Assembly: GCA_036654455.1 (NCBI GenBank)
Contig: JAVVRZ010000001.1
Coordinates: 193,345 to 257,344 of the forward strand
Direction of reading: 5' to 3'
DNA length: 64,000 nucleotides
From: Clostridia bacterium
Lineage (GTDB): Bacteria; Bacillota; Clostridia; Christensenellales; CAG-314
Shown: piece by piece, positions 1 to 9,176 of the stretch
Layout: every line of letters begins with the position of its first letter
Position numbering within the stretch: the stretch's first letter is position 1
Made by a program: the position numbers and the translations under genes
Notes under the pieces: model-generated
Databases searched by the model: none
What the model saw: the letters and a program-made list of their open reading frames with translations, nothing else
Told to the model about the DNA's origin: nothing

Positions 1-187
1 TATGTAATTTAGTAATATCTTCAATCGGTTTGATACCTTTGCTTTGTAAGTCTTGTACAACCCTATTATTATGCACAAGCTCGCCAAAAGTGTAGGTATT
101 AGGTTGATTGATGTATTTGTTAGCCCTTGCTACGGCGCTAGCTACGCCCTTACAAAAGCCTTTGTCTTTGCCTAAATAAATTATCAT
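1..187 (-). CDS. ispH: IspH/LytB 4-hydroxy-3-methylbut-2-enyl diphosphate reductase, N-terminal fragment running off the window edge
   Basis: Not in the ORF track because it is truncated. Manual translation from the ATG at 187 gives MIIYLGKDKGFCKGVASAVARANKYINQPNTYTFGELVHNNRVVQDLQSKGIKPIEDITKLH. The GFCxGV and VHNxxVV motifs are typical of the IspH N-terminus. Confidence 0.6.
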   Translation of the reverse strand, partial: MIIYLGKDKGFCKGVASAVARANKYINQPNTYTFGELVHNNRVVQDLQSKGIKPIEDITKLH

Positions 188-206
188 ATTTTACGCTCTA
201 ACAAAT

Positions 207-1019
207 TTAATTATTGTTATCTTGGGTATCGGCTTGATTTTTGTCAACTTTGTCGTTGCAGATAAGTTCATATTCCTTCGCAAGCTCTTTTACGGCTTGA
301 TGTTGAATAACTTCTCTTACCGTCTTTTCTTTATTTATGCCTTCTTTATTTATAATAAACTGTTCTCGTTGAATAATTTCATTTCTACGTCTTTTGCGGT
401 GAGTTATTCCTTTTTCTTTAAGTAGGTTAATTAATTCTTGGCGTGTTTTATCCATATAATAGGCTACTTTTGTAGTGGCTTCGGCAAGAACTTGTTTTGT
501 AAGTTGTTTGCCATAATATTCGTCAAGAGTAAATTCGTCGCCAACGAGAAAATAATTTTTACAAAAGGCTTTTGTACGGTCAAAAATATAGATAGGTCTA
601 ATTGGCGATTTTGTTTTGATAGCAAGCATAGCCGTACCAACTTTAATTTCTTGCAAACGGTCAATTTCTTTATTGCGAGTTCCCTCGGGAAACACACCAA
701 AAATTTTATCGTCTTGAAGCAAAGACATACATTTTTTTATAGCTACAAGGTCGACTTCGCCCCTATTAATAGGAACGTATTCTAAGGCTTTAAAAATAAA
801 TTTTAAAAAGGGGTTGCGGTCAAATTGAGATTTATAAAGAAATCTTGCACGAGAAGACGTCCAAATCGTCCAAACCAGTGGGTCCCAGCCCGATACGTGG
901 TTGAAGGCTAATATTGCCTTTTTCTGTTCAAAATTAGTTGACCCAAATATTTTTGTAGGAAAAACAAGCTTGAATGGCTGTTTAAGCACAGCGATTAGAT
1001 TATATAAAAATTTACCCAA
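207..1019 (-). CDS. plsC: 1-acyl-sn-glycerol-3-phosphate acyltransferase
   Basis: 270 aa. Acyltransferase motifs NHVSGWDP (HX4D) and FPEGTR are present. It has an unusual charged C-terminal extension of about 60 aa. Confidence 0.8.
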   Translation of the reverse strand: MGKFLYNLIAVLKQPFKLVFPTKIFGSTNFEQKKAILAFNHVSGWDPLVWTIWTSSRARFLYKSQFDRNPFLKFIFKALEYVPINRGEVDLVAIKKCMSLLQDDKIFGVFPEGTRNKEIDRLQEIKVGTAMLAIKTKSPIRPIYIFDRTKAFCKNYFLVGDEFTLDEYYGKQLTKQVLAEATTKVAYYMDKTRQELINLLKEKGITHRKRRRNEIIQREQFIINKEGINKEKTVREVIQHQAVKELAKEYELICNDKVDKNQADTQDNNN

Positions 1020-1683
1020 ATATTTTCTCCTTAATTATTAAATATATCTTGTCGACTGTTTGTTGTAAGGTTAATTCGGTAGTATCAACTTCAATGGCGT
1101 CAGCTACTTTTATCAAGGGCGCAAAAGAACGACTCGAATCATTATAGTCTCTTTGAGTCAAAGAATCAAGTACTTTTTTAAAGGTAGTGTCTACGCCTTG
1201 CTCTTGTAATTGCATATATCTACGTTTTGCTCTAATTTCTTTGCTTGCGGTAAGAAATATTTTAATTTGAGCGTTTGGCAATACATAAGAGCCTATCTCT
1301 CGCCCGTCTAAAATACAGCTTTGCTTGATTGCAATTTGACGTTGAATATTTGCCATAGCTATTCTAACAATAGGCAAAGCCGATATGTCGCTTGCTGATT
1401 TACCGACAATTTCTGTTCTAATTAGATTAGTGACTTCTTCTCCGTCAAGAAAAATTCTATTGTTATCTTGACTTATCTTTATATCTACTTTTGTGTTGTC
1501 AAGCATAGTTTGTACGCTAGCAATGTCAGCAAGAACAAGTTGCTCCCTTAACGCTTTAAGTCCTAAGCATCGATACATAGCGCCGGTATCTAAATATACA
1601 ATATTTAATTTTTTAGCGAGCATTTTTGCGATTGTGCTTTTGCCTGCGCCCGATGGTCCGTCAATGGCTACGTTATAGTTCAT
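1012..1683 (-). CDS. cmk: cytidylate kinase
   Basis: 223 aa with P-loop IAIDGPSGAGKST. Overlaps plsC by 8 nt. Confidence 0.9.
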   Translation of the reverse strand: MNYNVAIDGPSGAGKSTIAKMLAKKLNIVYLDTGAMYRCLGLKALREQLVLADIASVQTMLDNTKVDIKISQDNNRIFLDGEEVTNLIRTEIVGKSASDISALPIVRIAMANIQRQIAIKQSCILDGREIGSYVLPNAQIKIFLTASKEIRAKRRYMQLQEQGVDTTFKKVLDSLTQRDYNDSSRSFAPLIKVADAIEVDTTELTLQQTVDKIYLIIKEKIFG

Positions 1684-2027
1684 TGTAAGTCCTCCCTTAG
1701 TATATTTGCGCCTTTAAGATAACAAAATTTAATGGTATCTATATTTTCGGCAAGAATTAATATACGAAGGCACAATTTTAAAGAATTTTTGACAGATTGC
1801 TCTTGCAAGCACATATAGGCAAGGTCTTTATATTCTTCAATTTGTCTAATAGAGTATGCGGGATAAGCCTCTGTAATGTCGGCAGTTGAAGAAAAGATAA
1901 CGGCGACAATATTGTTTGGCAATAAATTATTAGCCTTAACGCAAGCTAAGAACAATTCTTGCGCGCAAGAATAAATATTTTGCTTAGTATTATTATCTAC
2001 TGTTATAGCTCCTCGTATTCCTTTCAT
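1680..2027 (-). CDS. aroH: monofunctional chorismate mutase, AroH class
   Basis: 115 aa. The N-terminus MKGIRGAITV and the size fit the AroH family. Confidence 0.65.
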   Translation of the reverse strand: MKGIRGAITVDNNTKQNIYSCAQELFLACVKANNLLPNNIVAVIFSSTADITEAYPAYSIRQIEEYKDLAYMCLQEQSVKNSLKLCLRILILAENIDTIKFCYLKGANILREDLQ

Positions 2028-2107
2028 TTGTTCCTCTTATATTGTTTTATTTATAAAAATAAGTTTTATCTTCTTTTGTTCTTTTGGCTAAATTATGTTT
2101 AATATAG

Positions 2108-3325
2108 TTAGCTTTGCTTTTGTTGTCCGGCAAGATAGCCTGTCGCAAAAGCGATTTGTAAATTAAAACCGCCCGTTAGAGCGTCAACGTCGATTATTTC
2201 GCCTGCAAAATAAAGGTTTGGAATTAATTTGCTTTGCATTGTTTGGGGAACAATTTCTTTTACGGCGACGCCTCCGCTAGTTACGATTGCTTGGTCTATA
2301 CTAGCAAGTCCTAAGCAGTCAAAAGAAAGGTTTTGTAGAGTATTTACCAGCCTATCTCGCTCGGCTACCGTTAAAGAATTTGCTATTGTTTGGGATATTT
2401 CACTTTGTTTTTCTACGACTTTTACAAGTCTTTCGGGTAGCAAGGTTAGCAAAATATTCTTAATTTCTTTTTTCGGCGCAAGCAAAATCTCACGCTTGAT
2501 TCGTTCGGTTAATTGATTTATGCTTAATGCTGGTTTTAGATTTATTACTAATTTATAATTTTTAAGGTCAAGTCTATTTGCGTAAGCCGACAACGTCAAC
2601 GCTATTGGTCCAGAAATACCATTAGAGGTAAACAGCATTTCGCCAAAGTCGCTTTTTATAATTTTACCGTTTGGCGCAATTAGAGAGAGTGTGACATTTT
2701 TAAGCGACAATCCTTCAAGCTCGCAACAACCGTTTGCATTAAAACTAACAAGGCTAGGTTTAGGCTCGATTATTGTGTGTCCTAACATCTTTGCAATTTT
2801 GTAGCCTATGCCGTTACTGCCGGTAGCTTTGTAGCTTACGCCTCCGCAAGCTAGAATAACGCTGTCGCATAATACTATTCCTGTCGTAGTATTTAATGAA
2901 ACCACCTTATTTGAGAATACTTTACAGCTTGTAACCTCAGTATTGTATAAAATTTTGACATTTAATCTATTAAGCTCATTTGAAAGCGCTTTGGTAACGT
3001 CGCTAGATTTGTTGGATAATGGAAAAACTCTTTCGCCCCTTTCTACTATTGTTTCTAGACCCAAATCTTTAAAATACTCAATAGTTCTTTGCGGTGGAAA
3101 AGCATAGATAGCGCTATACAAGAATTTACTGTTAGTCACAACGTTAGAAAGAAAGTCTGCTGGGCTACATAAATTTGTAAGATTACATCTACCTTTACCC
3201 GTTATGTATATTTTTTTACCTAATTTATCGTTATGTTCAATCAGCGTAACAATATTACCGTTTTTTGCTGCTTCAATAGCGGATATCATTCCACTTGCGC
3301 CTCCGCCAACTACGACTACTTGCAT
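2108..3325 (-). CDS. NAD(P)/FAD-dependent oxidoreductase, HI0933/BaiN-like flavoprotein
   Basis: 405 aa. Dinucleotide-binding motif VVVVGGGASG at the N-terminus and a C-terminal GEIIDVDALTGGFNLQ motif. Confidence 0.75.
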   Translation of the reverse strand: MQVVVVGGGASGMISAIEAAKNGNIVTLIEHNDKLGKKIYITGKGRCNLTNLCSPADFLSNVVTNSKFLYSAIYAFPPQRTIEYFKDLGLETIVERGERVFPLSNKSSDVTKALSNELNRLNVKILYNTEVTSCKVFSNKVVSLNTTTGIVLCDSVILACGGVSYKATGSNGIGYKIAKMLGHTIIEPKPSLVSFNANGCCELEGLSLKNVTLSLIAPNGKIIKSDFGEMLFTSNGISGPIALTLSAYANRLDLKNYKLVINLKPALSINQLTERIKREILLAPKKEIKNILLTLLPERLVKVVEKQSEISQTIANSLTVAERDRLVNTLQNLSFDCLGLASIDQAIVTSGGVAVKEIVPQTMQSKLIPNLYFAGEIIDVDALTGGFNLQIAFATGYLAGQQKQS

Positions 3326-4080
3326 AAGAGTTCCTTAGCTTGCGATATTGCCGAATAATCTGTGCGGTCTAAGTGTAGCGGAGTAATAGAAATATAGCCT
3401 AAATGTACGGCGTTTACGTCGGTAAATTCGGTTGAATCTAGGTCGGGGCAATCAACTATTTCGTGAGGCGTGCCTTCAAGGGAATAGCCTATTTTGCCGT
3501 CAATTTCTATTTCGGCATAATAATCGCTATATGGTCTATGTCCTTGACGTGCCACGATTACTCCCCTAATTTCTTCCTCGCAAAGATTGGGAACATTGAT
3601 ATTTAATAAATTTTCTTTAAATTCGAATTTTAAAAGGGTTTCTAAATTGTTGTAGATAAATTGGCAACAAGTGTCAAAATGATTGTCTTTATATGAACAG
3701 CTAGAAAGGGCTATCGACTTTAAACCTAGTATTACCGCCTCTTGGCTTGCGCCAACTGTGCCCGAATATATAATGTCGGTAGCAAGGTTAGCCCCTCTAT
3801 TTGGACCCGAAATGACTACGTCGGGGGTTATTTTTAGGTGTCTTGCGGCAAACATAACGCAATCGGCGGGAGTACCGCTAATTGCATAAGAATTTGTCGC
3901 GCCTTCAACTTCGACTTGTTTAAAATAAATAGGTCTATGGAAATTTATGTAATGCGAATACGCCGAACGCTCGCCGTCAGGAGCGCATACATAAACTTCG
4001 TGTTTTTGCGACAACGTTTTTGCAAGTAATAACAGCCCTACGCTTTGTATTCCGTCGTCGTTTGTGAGTAATATTTTCAT
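3316..4080 (-). CDS. surE: 5'/3'-nucleotidase SurE
   Basis: 254 aa with the MKILLTNDDGI signature N-terminus. Confidence 0.85.
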   Translation of the reverse strand: MKILLTNDDGIQSVGLLLLAKTLSQKHEVYVCAPDGERSAYSHYINFHRPIYFKQVEVEGATNSYAISGTPADCVMFAARHLKITPDVVISGPNRGANLATDIIYSGTVGASQEAVILGLKSIALSSCSYKDNHFDTCCQFIYNNLETLLKFEFKENLLNINVPNLCEEEIRGVIVARQGHRPYSDYYAEIEIDGKIGYSLEGTPHEIVDCPDLDSTEFTDVNAVHLGYISITPLHLDRTDYSAISQAKELLCK

Positions 4081-4122
4081 AACTTTACCTTTATATTAAA
4101 TTTAACGCAACAGCTTGACATT

Positions 4123-4827
4123 TTATAGCAAACTTTTAAGATAGGCTATTTCCTTTGCGTTAAGGTCACGGTATGTACCTCTTGTAAGTCCGCCTAGCCT
4201 AATTTCGCCGATAGAGGTTCTCTTTAAAAACTCAACTTCTTTGCCCATAACGGCAAACATATTTTTTATTTGGTGATTTCTGCCTTCAAAAATTGTTACT
4301 TCAAGTTTTGTCTTATGAGCGTCGCCTTCAATAATATGAACAATAGCCGGCGAAGTCGGTTTGCCCTCTATAACAACGCCTTCTTGCAAAGTTTTGCGTT
4401 CCTCTTCGCTAAGCTTGCCCGAAATTCTAAGCAAATACGTCTTGGGAATTTTATTTTTAGGGTGTGTAAGAACGTTAGCTATTGAACCATCGTTAGTAAG
4501 TATAAGTAGCCCTTCCGTGTCGTAATCTAGCCTACCTACGGGGAAAAGTCTGGCTTTGATATCTATTAAGTCCATAACTGTTTTGCGGTCTAGGTCGTCT
4601 TTTACCGTTGTAACATAGCCTTTTGGCTTGTGCAACATAATATAATATTGCTTTTTTGTCGGTCTAATTGGCGACCCTTCAACGGTTACGCTGTCAGTTT
4701 CGCTTATTTGAGCGCTTAGCGTGGTTACAACTTTGCCGTTGACTTTGACCTTGCCCGAAGAAATAAGTTCTTCGCTTGCTCTACGGCTAGCAACTCCGCT
4801 ATCAGCTAGATATTTGTTAATTCTCAT
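4123..4827 (-). CDS. rluB: rRNA pseudouridine synthase, RsuA/RluB family with S4 domain
   Basis: 234 aa. S4-like N-terminus MRINKYLADSGVASRR and catalytic GRLDYDTEGL motif. Synteny with dacB and scpAB matches Bacillus. Confidence 0.8.
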   Translation of the reverse strand: MRINKYLADSGVASRRASEELISSGKVKVNGKVVTTLSAQISETDSVTVEGSPIRPTKKQYYIMLHKPKGYVTTVKDDLDRKTVMDLIDIKARLFPVGRLDYDTEGLLILTNDGSIANVLTHPKNKIPKTYLLRISGKLSEEERKTLQEGVVIEGKPTSPAIVHIIEGDAHKTKLEVTIFEGRNHQIKNMFAVMGKEVEFLKRTSIGEIRLGGLTRGTYRDLNAKEIAYLKSLL

Positions 4828-4851
4828 TTATTATCTTCCTTTTATTTATAT

Positions 4852-5895
4852 TTAAATAGTACTTAATTTTTGCGAAAAAATCAACTGTTTAGCAATATAA
4901 ATACTAATATTGCCACTTTCGCCCTTTTTGGAAGGTAAATTGACGACTTTTTTTATTTCAACGTGTTCGCCATTTCTTAAAGGATATTTAAATTCTTGCG
5001 GACAATAATAATATGTTGGTTCTTTGTCAAAAAATTTAATTCCTACAACTTTATCTTTTGAAATAATAGTTTTTAAAGAATAATTTTCAAAGCCGTAGCA
5101 AAGCATATTTTTACTTTCTTCAAACATAGGCGAACAATTAAGTACGACGGCTATAAGTTGCATACCATTTTTAACTGCGCTACCAACAAAACAGCGACCG
5201 GCTCGCTTGGTAAATCCCGTTTTTACGCCATTTGCAAATTCGTAATTTTTAAGCAGTTTATTTTTATTTAATATCAAACGAGAATTTTCTTCAATACCTA
5301 TTTTTTGGCTCTTGCTACTTACTATTTTTTTAAAATTTTCATTTTTAAGCCCTTCGCAAGTAATTTTTGCAAGGTCATAAGCGGTTGTATAATGTAAATC
5401 ATTGTGAAGTCCGTGAGGATTTACAAAGTTACTGTTATTTGCGCCTAAACTCTTAGCGGTTTTTGTCATTAGTTTAGCAAATTCCTCTACGCTACCCGAA
5501 ACATATAAGGCAAGGGCAGTAGCCGAATCGTTACCGCTTTGTAACATTAAACCATAAAGAAGGTCGGCTACGCTTATCTTTTCCCCGACTTTAAGATAAA
5601 TTGACGAACCTTCTATTCCTACCGCCTCTTTTGGAATGCTTACAATATCATTTAAATTTGCGTTCTTAATTACCGTCAATGCCGTTACAACCTTAGTCGT
5701 GCTTGCCATTGGCAATTTTTTATCCATATTTTTGCCATAAAGAACTCTACCGCTAATTTCCATTAAACAAGCCCCTTCGGCGCAAGTTAAGTTTTGAGCG
5801 TGAGCGGAATTAAAATTTATACCAATATATAGGCTTATAGCAAGCAAACTTAACGCTAGGACAAAAGAGGTAAAACTTAATATTCTTATTTTCAT
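4852..5895 (-). CDS. dacB: D-alanyl-D-alanine carboxypeptidase (sporulation-type PBP5*-like)
   Basis: SxxK motif ASTTKV and SGN motif are present. Start moved to the ATG at 5895 (MKIRILSFTSFVLALSLL, a signal peptide), because the track start at 5943 is a TTG overlapping ytfJ. The scpAB-dacB-rluB synteny is as in B. subtilis. Confidence 0.75.
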   Translation of the reverse strand: MKIRILSFTSFVLALSLLAISLYIGINFNSAHAQNLTCAEGACLMEISGRVLYGKNMDKKLPMASTTKVVTALTVIKNANLNDIVSIPKEAVGIEGSSIYLKVGEKISVADLLYGLMLQSGNDSATALALYVSGSVEEFAKLMTKTAKSLGANNSNFVNPHGLHNDLHYTTAYDLAKITCEGLKNENFKKIVSSKSQKIGIEENSRLILNKNKLLKNYEFANGVKTGFTKRAGRCFVGSAVKNGMQLIAVVLNCSPMFEESKNMLCYGFENYSLKTIISKDKVVGIKFFDKEPTYYYCPQEFKYPLRNGEHVEIKKVVNLPSKKGESGNISIYIAKQLIFSQKLSTI

Positions 5896-5899
5896 ATTT

Positions 5900-6262
5900 T
5901 TAAGACTTTTTAAAGTCGTCGTAGATAGTTTTTGCCGTATCAATAATTTTTGTAAAAGCGCTTTCTTCTTGCGCTTTAATTATTTTTACGCCGTCTTTGT
6001 TGACTACGAGAAACCCTACCGGAGTAACTGATGCGCCCCCACCCGAACCGCCTGCAAATTGATTGTCGTTTAGTTGCTTAAAGCCTTTTTTGCCGTATTC
6101 TCCCCCGCCTGCAACAAAAGCAAACGTTAGCTCGGACACCGGAAGAATTACGCTACCATCGCTTGTTACTATTGGTTGACCTACTATTGTGTTAACTTCG
6201 GCAAGATGCTTTATATTTGTAACGGCAGTATCAACTATTTGTTGTATTTGGTCGTTTTGCAT
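5900..6262 (-). CDS. ytfJ: sporulation protein YtfJ/GerW family
   Basis: 120 aa. GSVILPVS...AGGGEYG...GGSGGGASVTPVGFLVV matches the YtfJ pattern closely. Confidence 0.8.
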   Translation of the reverse strand: MQNDQIQQIVDTAVTNIKHLAEVNTIVGQPIVTSDGSVILPVSELTFAFVAGGGEYGKKGFKQLNDNQFAGGSGGGASVTPVGFLVVNKDGVKIIKAQEESAFTKIIDTAKTIYDDFKKS

Positions 6263-6761
6263 AAGTTTTCTCCTTGTTTTTAAATATTTCTATTAGTATC
6301 TTTAAAATACTTGTATTTATACTTAACCTAATTTGAGTTAAATTTTGGTTTATCGTATACACGCAAGCATATTTTAATTTGGAATTTGTATTATTGCTAA
6401 TTAAAATTGCGATTGAACTTGCAACAATATCTACGCTTTGCTCGATTAATAATTTCTTAGGTTTATCTAAACGAATATATCTTATGAGCGATATTTCATT
6501 AAGTTTAATTGCTTTTACTAAGAACATTTTACTTTTTCCTCCGCCTTTAACTAAATCTATATACTTTTTAGTAAATTTAAATGTCCCTTTACAATTAAAT
6601 CTATCGCTGAAAAACTCTAATATAATTGAGATTACTCTAATAAAAGAATATAAAAATATTTTTAGGTCTACAAAATTGCCTGCAACCTTAACTTTTACAA
6701 GTATATTGATTGGGCAAACTAAAATAATAATTAAGATAAGTAAAATGATTAAATATATCAT
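6231..6761 (-). CDS. YtfI-like membrane protein (DUF2953-like)
   Basis: 176 aa with an N-terminal TM. Its position immediately upstream of ytfJ matches the ytfI-ytfJ pair of Bacillus. The assignment rests mainly on context. Confidence 0.45.
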   Translation of the reverse strand: MIYLIILLILIIILVCPINILVKVKVAGNFVDLKIFLYSFIRVISIILEFFSDRFNCKGTFKFTKKYIDLVKGGGKSKMFLVKAIKLNEISLIRYIRLDKPKKLLIEQSVDIVASSIAILISNNTNSKLKYACVYTINQNLTQIRLSINTSILKILIEIFKNKEKTYAKRPNTTNS

Positions 6762-6810
6762 ATAGTTAGTTTCAATTTAAAATATGAAAAATATGCGTAA
6801 AATTTACTCA

Positions 6811-6845
6811 CAATAAAAATATGCGTTGAGCAGTACTCAACGCAT
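6811..6845 (-). terminator. rho-independent terminator after scpB
   Basis: Minus strand: ATGCGTTGAG-tactg-CTCAACGCAT followed by ATTTTTATTG. Confidence 0.7.
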
Positions 6846-6854
6846 AAGGTAAAA

Positions 6855-7493
6855 CTAATCGATTATATCAAACTTTTCGCCGATAAGGAAATCGGGAATT
6901 GATTCTTCATTTTTGTAATCAACATCTCGATTACTATTATATAAGTCAGTTTTTGGAACAAAGCCATTTGATATCGTTTGTATTCTTTCAAGCAAAGCTT
7001 CGTAGTCGGGTAGTTGAGAAATGCTAGACAAAGAAAACCTCTTTAAAAATTCGTCGGTAGTGCCAAAAAGCAAGGGCTTGCCGATAGCGTCTTTTCTACC
7101 TAAAATTTTAATCATTGACAATTTTGCTAAATTTTGAAGGGCGTATGCGCAATCGACAGTACGAACTTCTTCCACTTCTAGCTTGGTAACGGGTTGTTTG
7201 TACGCTACAATAGCCAGCGTTTCAAGCATAGCCTTAGTAAGTTCTTTCTCTCTAATTGGATTAAGAACGGTTGAAACAGCGTCTACATAGCAAGAATTGC
7301 TTGCAAGTTGAAGTTTATCGTTAAATTGCATAAGAATAATACCATTTTCACCGCTGTAATGTTCTTTAAGCGTAGCAACTTCCTGTAATATTTCTTTTTC
7401 GGTAACTTTTAATTTATCGGCAATATCTTTAATTGATATTTCTTTGCCAGCTACAAAGAGAATTGACTCAATTATATTAGATAGATTCTTCAT
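6855..7493 (-). CDS. scpB: segregation and condensation protein B
   Basis: 212 aa. The N-terminal ESILFVAG motif and its position after scpA support the call. Confidence 0.85.
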   Translation of the reverse strand: MKNLSNIIESILFVAGKEISIKDIADKLKVTEKEILQEVATLKEHYSGENGIILMQFNDKLQLASNSCYVDAVSTVLNPIREKELTKAMLETLAIVAYKQPVTKLEVEEVRTVDCAYALQNLAKLSMIKILGRKDAIGKPLLFGTTDEFLKRFSLSSISQLPDYEALLERIQTISNGFVPKTDLYNSNRDVDYKNEESIPDFLIGEKFDIID

Positions 7494-8232
7494 ATTTTAT
7501 ATCTCCATTGAAATTCTTATTTTTGTAAATGTAGATTTCGTCAAAAAGTTTATTTTGTTCTACGCTAATTACTTGATTTTTAAGTAATTCTAAGAGCGCA
7601 ATAAACGTCACGGCAATTTCTAATTTTTCGCAACCTTGCTCAAATATTTGAGAAAAAATTAAGCTGTCGTTTTCTTCAAGTAATTGTTTAATGAAGATTA
7701 TTCGTTCTGTAACTGAAAATTCGTCTTTTTTAATCTCTCTTGGCGTCTTTTTGTTTATTCGGTCGACTTCAAATTTGTGCATTATATTAGCGAATGCATC
7801 AAGAAGGTTATTTAGCGAAATATCTTTTATTGAGAATCTTACGGTTTCGGCTTCGGGACTAGGGTCTTTGAATAAGTGGTTGACGTCCTCTTTGGTTTTT
7901 AATTTTTCGCTCGCCTCTTTAAAAAGATTGTATTCTTGAAGCTGTCTAATTAATATTTTTTCGGGAGCGTCAAAAGGCTCTTCGTAACCCGGCATTTTGG
8001 GAAGCAAAGCTCGTGACTTAATTTCTAGTAGCGTCGCAGCCATATCCATATATTCGCTAGCTTTGTCTACGTCAAGAGTGTCAAGTTGTGACATAAAAAA
8101 TAAAAACTGCGAAGTAACTTGGGATACAAATATATCTTTTATTTCTATTTTTTCTTCTTTAACTAAGTGTAACAATAAGTCAAGCGGTCCGTTAAATATA
8201 GAAAGTTGTAGTTGTAAAATTGCTTCTTCCAT
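7477..8232 (-). CDS. scpA: segregation and condensation protein A
   Basis: Start moved to the ATG at 8232, which is preceded by AGGAGAAAAA. The product begins MEEAILQLQLSIFNGPLDLLLHLV, typical of ScpA. Confidence 0.85.
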   Translation of the reverse strand: MEEAILQLQLSIFNGPLDLLLHLVKEEKIEIKDIFVSQVTSQFLFFMSQLDTLDVDKASEYMDMAATLLEIKSRALLPKMPGYEEPFDAPEKILIRQLQEYNLFKEASEKLKTKEDVNHLFKDPSPEAETVRFSIKDISLNNLLDAFANIMHKFEVDRINKKTPREIKKDEFSVTERIIFIKQLLEENDSLIFSQIFEQGCEKLEIAVTFIALLELLKNQVISVEQNKLFDEIYIYKNKNFNGDIKYEESI

Positions 8233-8240
8233 TTTTTCTC

Positions 8241-8993
8241 CTAAGTAATTGCCGCAAATAGTCCGGATAAATCGGGAAGACCAAACAAGGACCAAAATTT
8301 GCTAAATAACCACGTTATGCCTTTGAGGGAGTAATTTAAATATAACGATAACGGAGAATAATCAGCAATTTTGCCCGCATTGCCCCATAATACAAAAAAT
8401 ATTAAAACGTAAAAACTATATTTGCGTAGAAAAATCATAAATTTATTGTTGTCAGGCACAAAAGTATTAAGTAATCTGTAACCGTCCAAAGGATATAACG
8501 GTAAAATATTAAATAACGCAAAGTTAATGTTTAGCACGGTCGCCCACGTAAAGTACATAAACATAAACTGATAGATATAAGCTAAAAAACTATTGTTAAT
8601 TGAAACTTTATTTGTAACTAATATAAATATTGAGAATAATAGAATAAGAATAAAAGAAAGTAGCAAATTTGTAAGCACGCCTGCGATTGAAACTTGAATG
8701 TTTCCCTTTCTCTCATTTTTAAAATTGTTTGGATTGACAGGAACGGGGTTAGCGTAACCAAAGCCGACTAAAATCATCATCATAAAGCCGATTAAATTAA
8801 AGTGTTTTATTGGATTAAGCGAAAGTCTGCCTAAAAGTTTTGCAGTATTGTCGCCATTTATCAAAGCGGCTATACCGTGCGAAACTTCGTGTAGAACTAG
8901 CGCCGTACAAACTGCAAGTAAAAAGGAAAAAACATTGACTAAGGCTAGAACTAAATCGCCTTGCGCAGATTCTATCAAATGATAAATTAACAT
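8241..8993 (-). CDS. site-2 protease family (peptidase M50) membrane metalloprotease
   Basis: 250 aa, polytopic. HEVSHG (HExxH) lies in TM1 and a downstream LPLYPLDG motif is present. Confidence 0.7.
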   Translation of the reverse strand: MLIYHLIESAQGDLVLALVNVFSFLLAVCTALVLHEVSHGIAALINGDNTAKLLGRLSLNPIKHFNLIGFMMMILVGFGYANPVPVNPNNFKNERKGNIQVSIAGVLTNLLLSFILILLFSIFILVTNKVSINNSFLAYIYQFMFMYFTWATVLNINFALFNILPLYPLDGYRLLNTFVPDNNKFMIFLRKYSFYVLIFFVLWGNAGKIADYSPLSLYLNYSLKGITWLFSKFWSLFGLPDLSGLFAAIT

Positions 8994-9012
8994 AACCTCT
9001 CCTTTTTGTTAG

Positions 9013-9041
9013 ATTGTAACAACCTTTTGGTTTTTTGTCAA
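9013..9041 (-). promoter_or_regulatory. sigma-A type promoter for the M50-scpAB operon
   Basis: Minus strand: TTGACA (9041-9036), 17-nt spacer, TACAAT (9018-9013). SD AAAGGAGAGG follows before the ATG at 8993. Confidence 0.6.
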
Positions 9042-9061
9042 TTAATACCGATAAACCCAAT

Positions 9062-9099
9062 AAATAAATATCTCGATAGTTTTACCGAGATATTTATTT
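9062..9099 (-). terminator. AT-rich hairpin, possible terminator after the dacF-like gene
   Basis: 14-bp inverted repeat AAATAAATATCTCG / CGAGATATTTATTT with a 10-nt loop. The U-tail is weak and interrupted. Confidence 0.4.
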
Positions 9100-9176
9100 G
9101 CATACAAATATTAATTAGGCTGTTTGTAGTTACGATTACAATTAATCACATATAGTTTTAAGCAAATTATAATGTT

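Noticed and set aside
8815-9060. Track ORF of 81 aa overlapping the 5' part of the M50 protease gene and its promoter.
   Set aside because: It is an alternative frame of a well-supported membrane-protease gene. Its start lies upstream of the mapped promoter elements.
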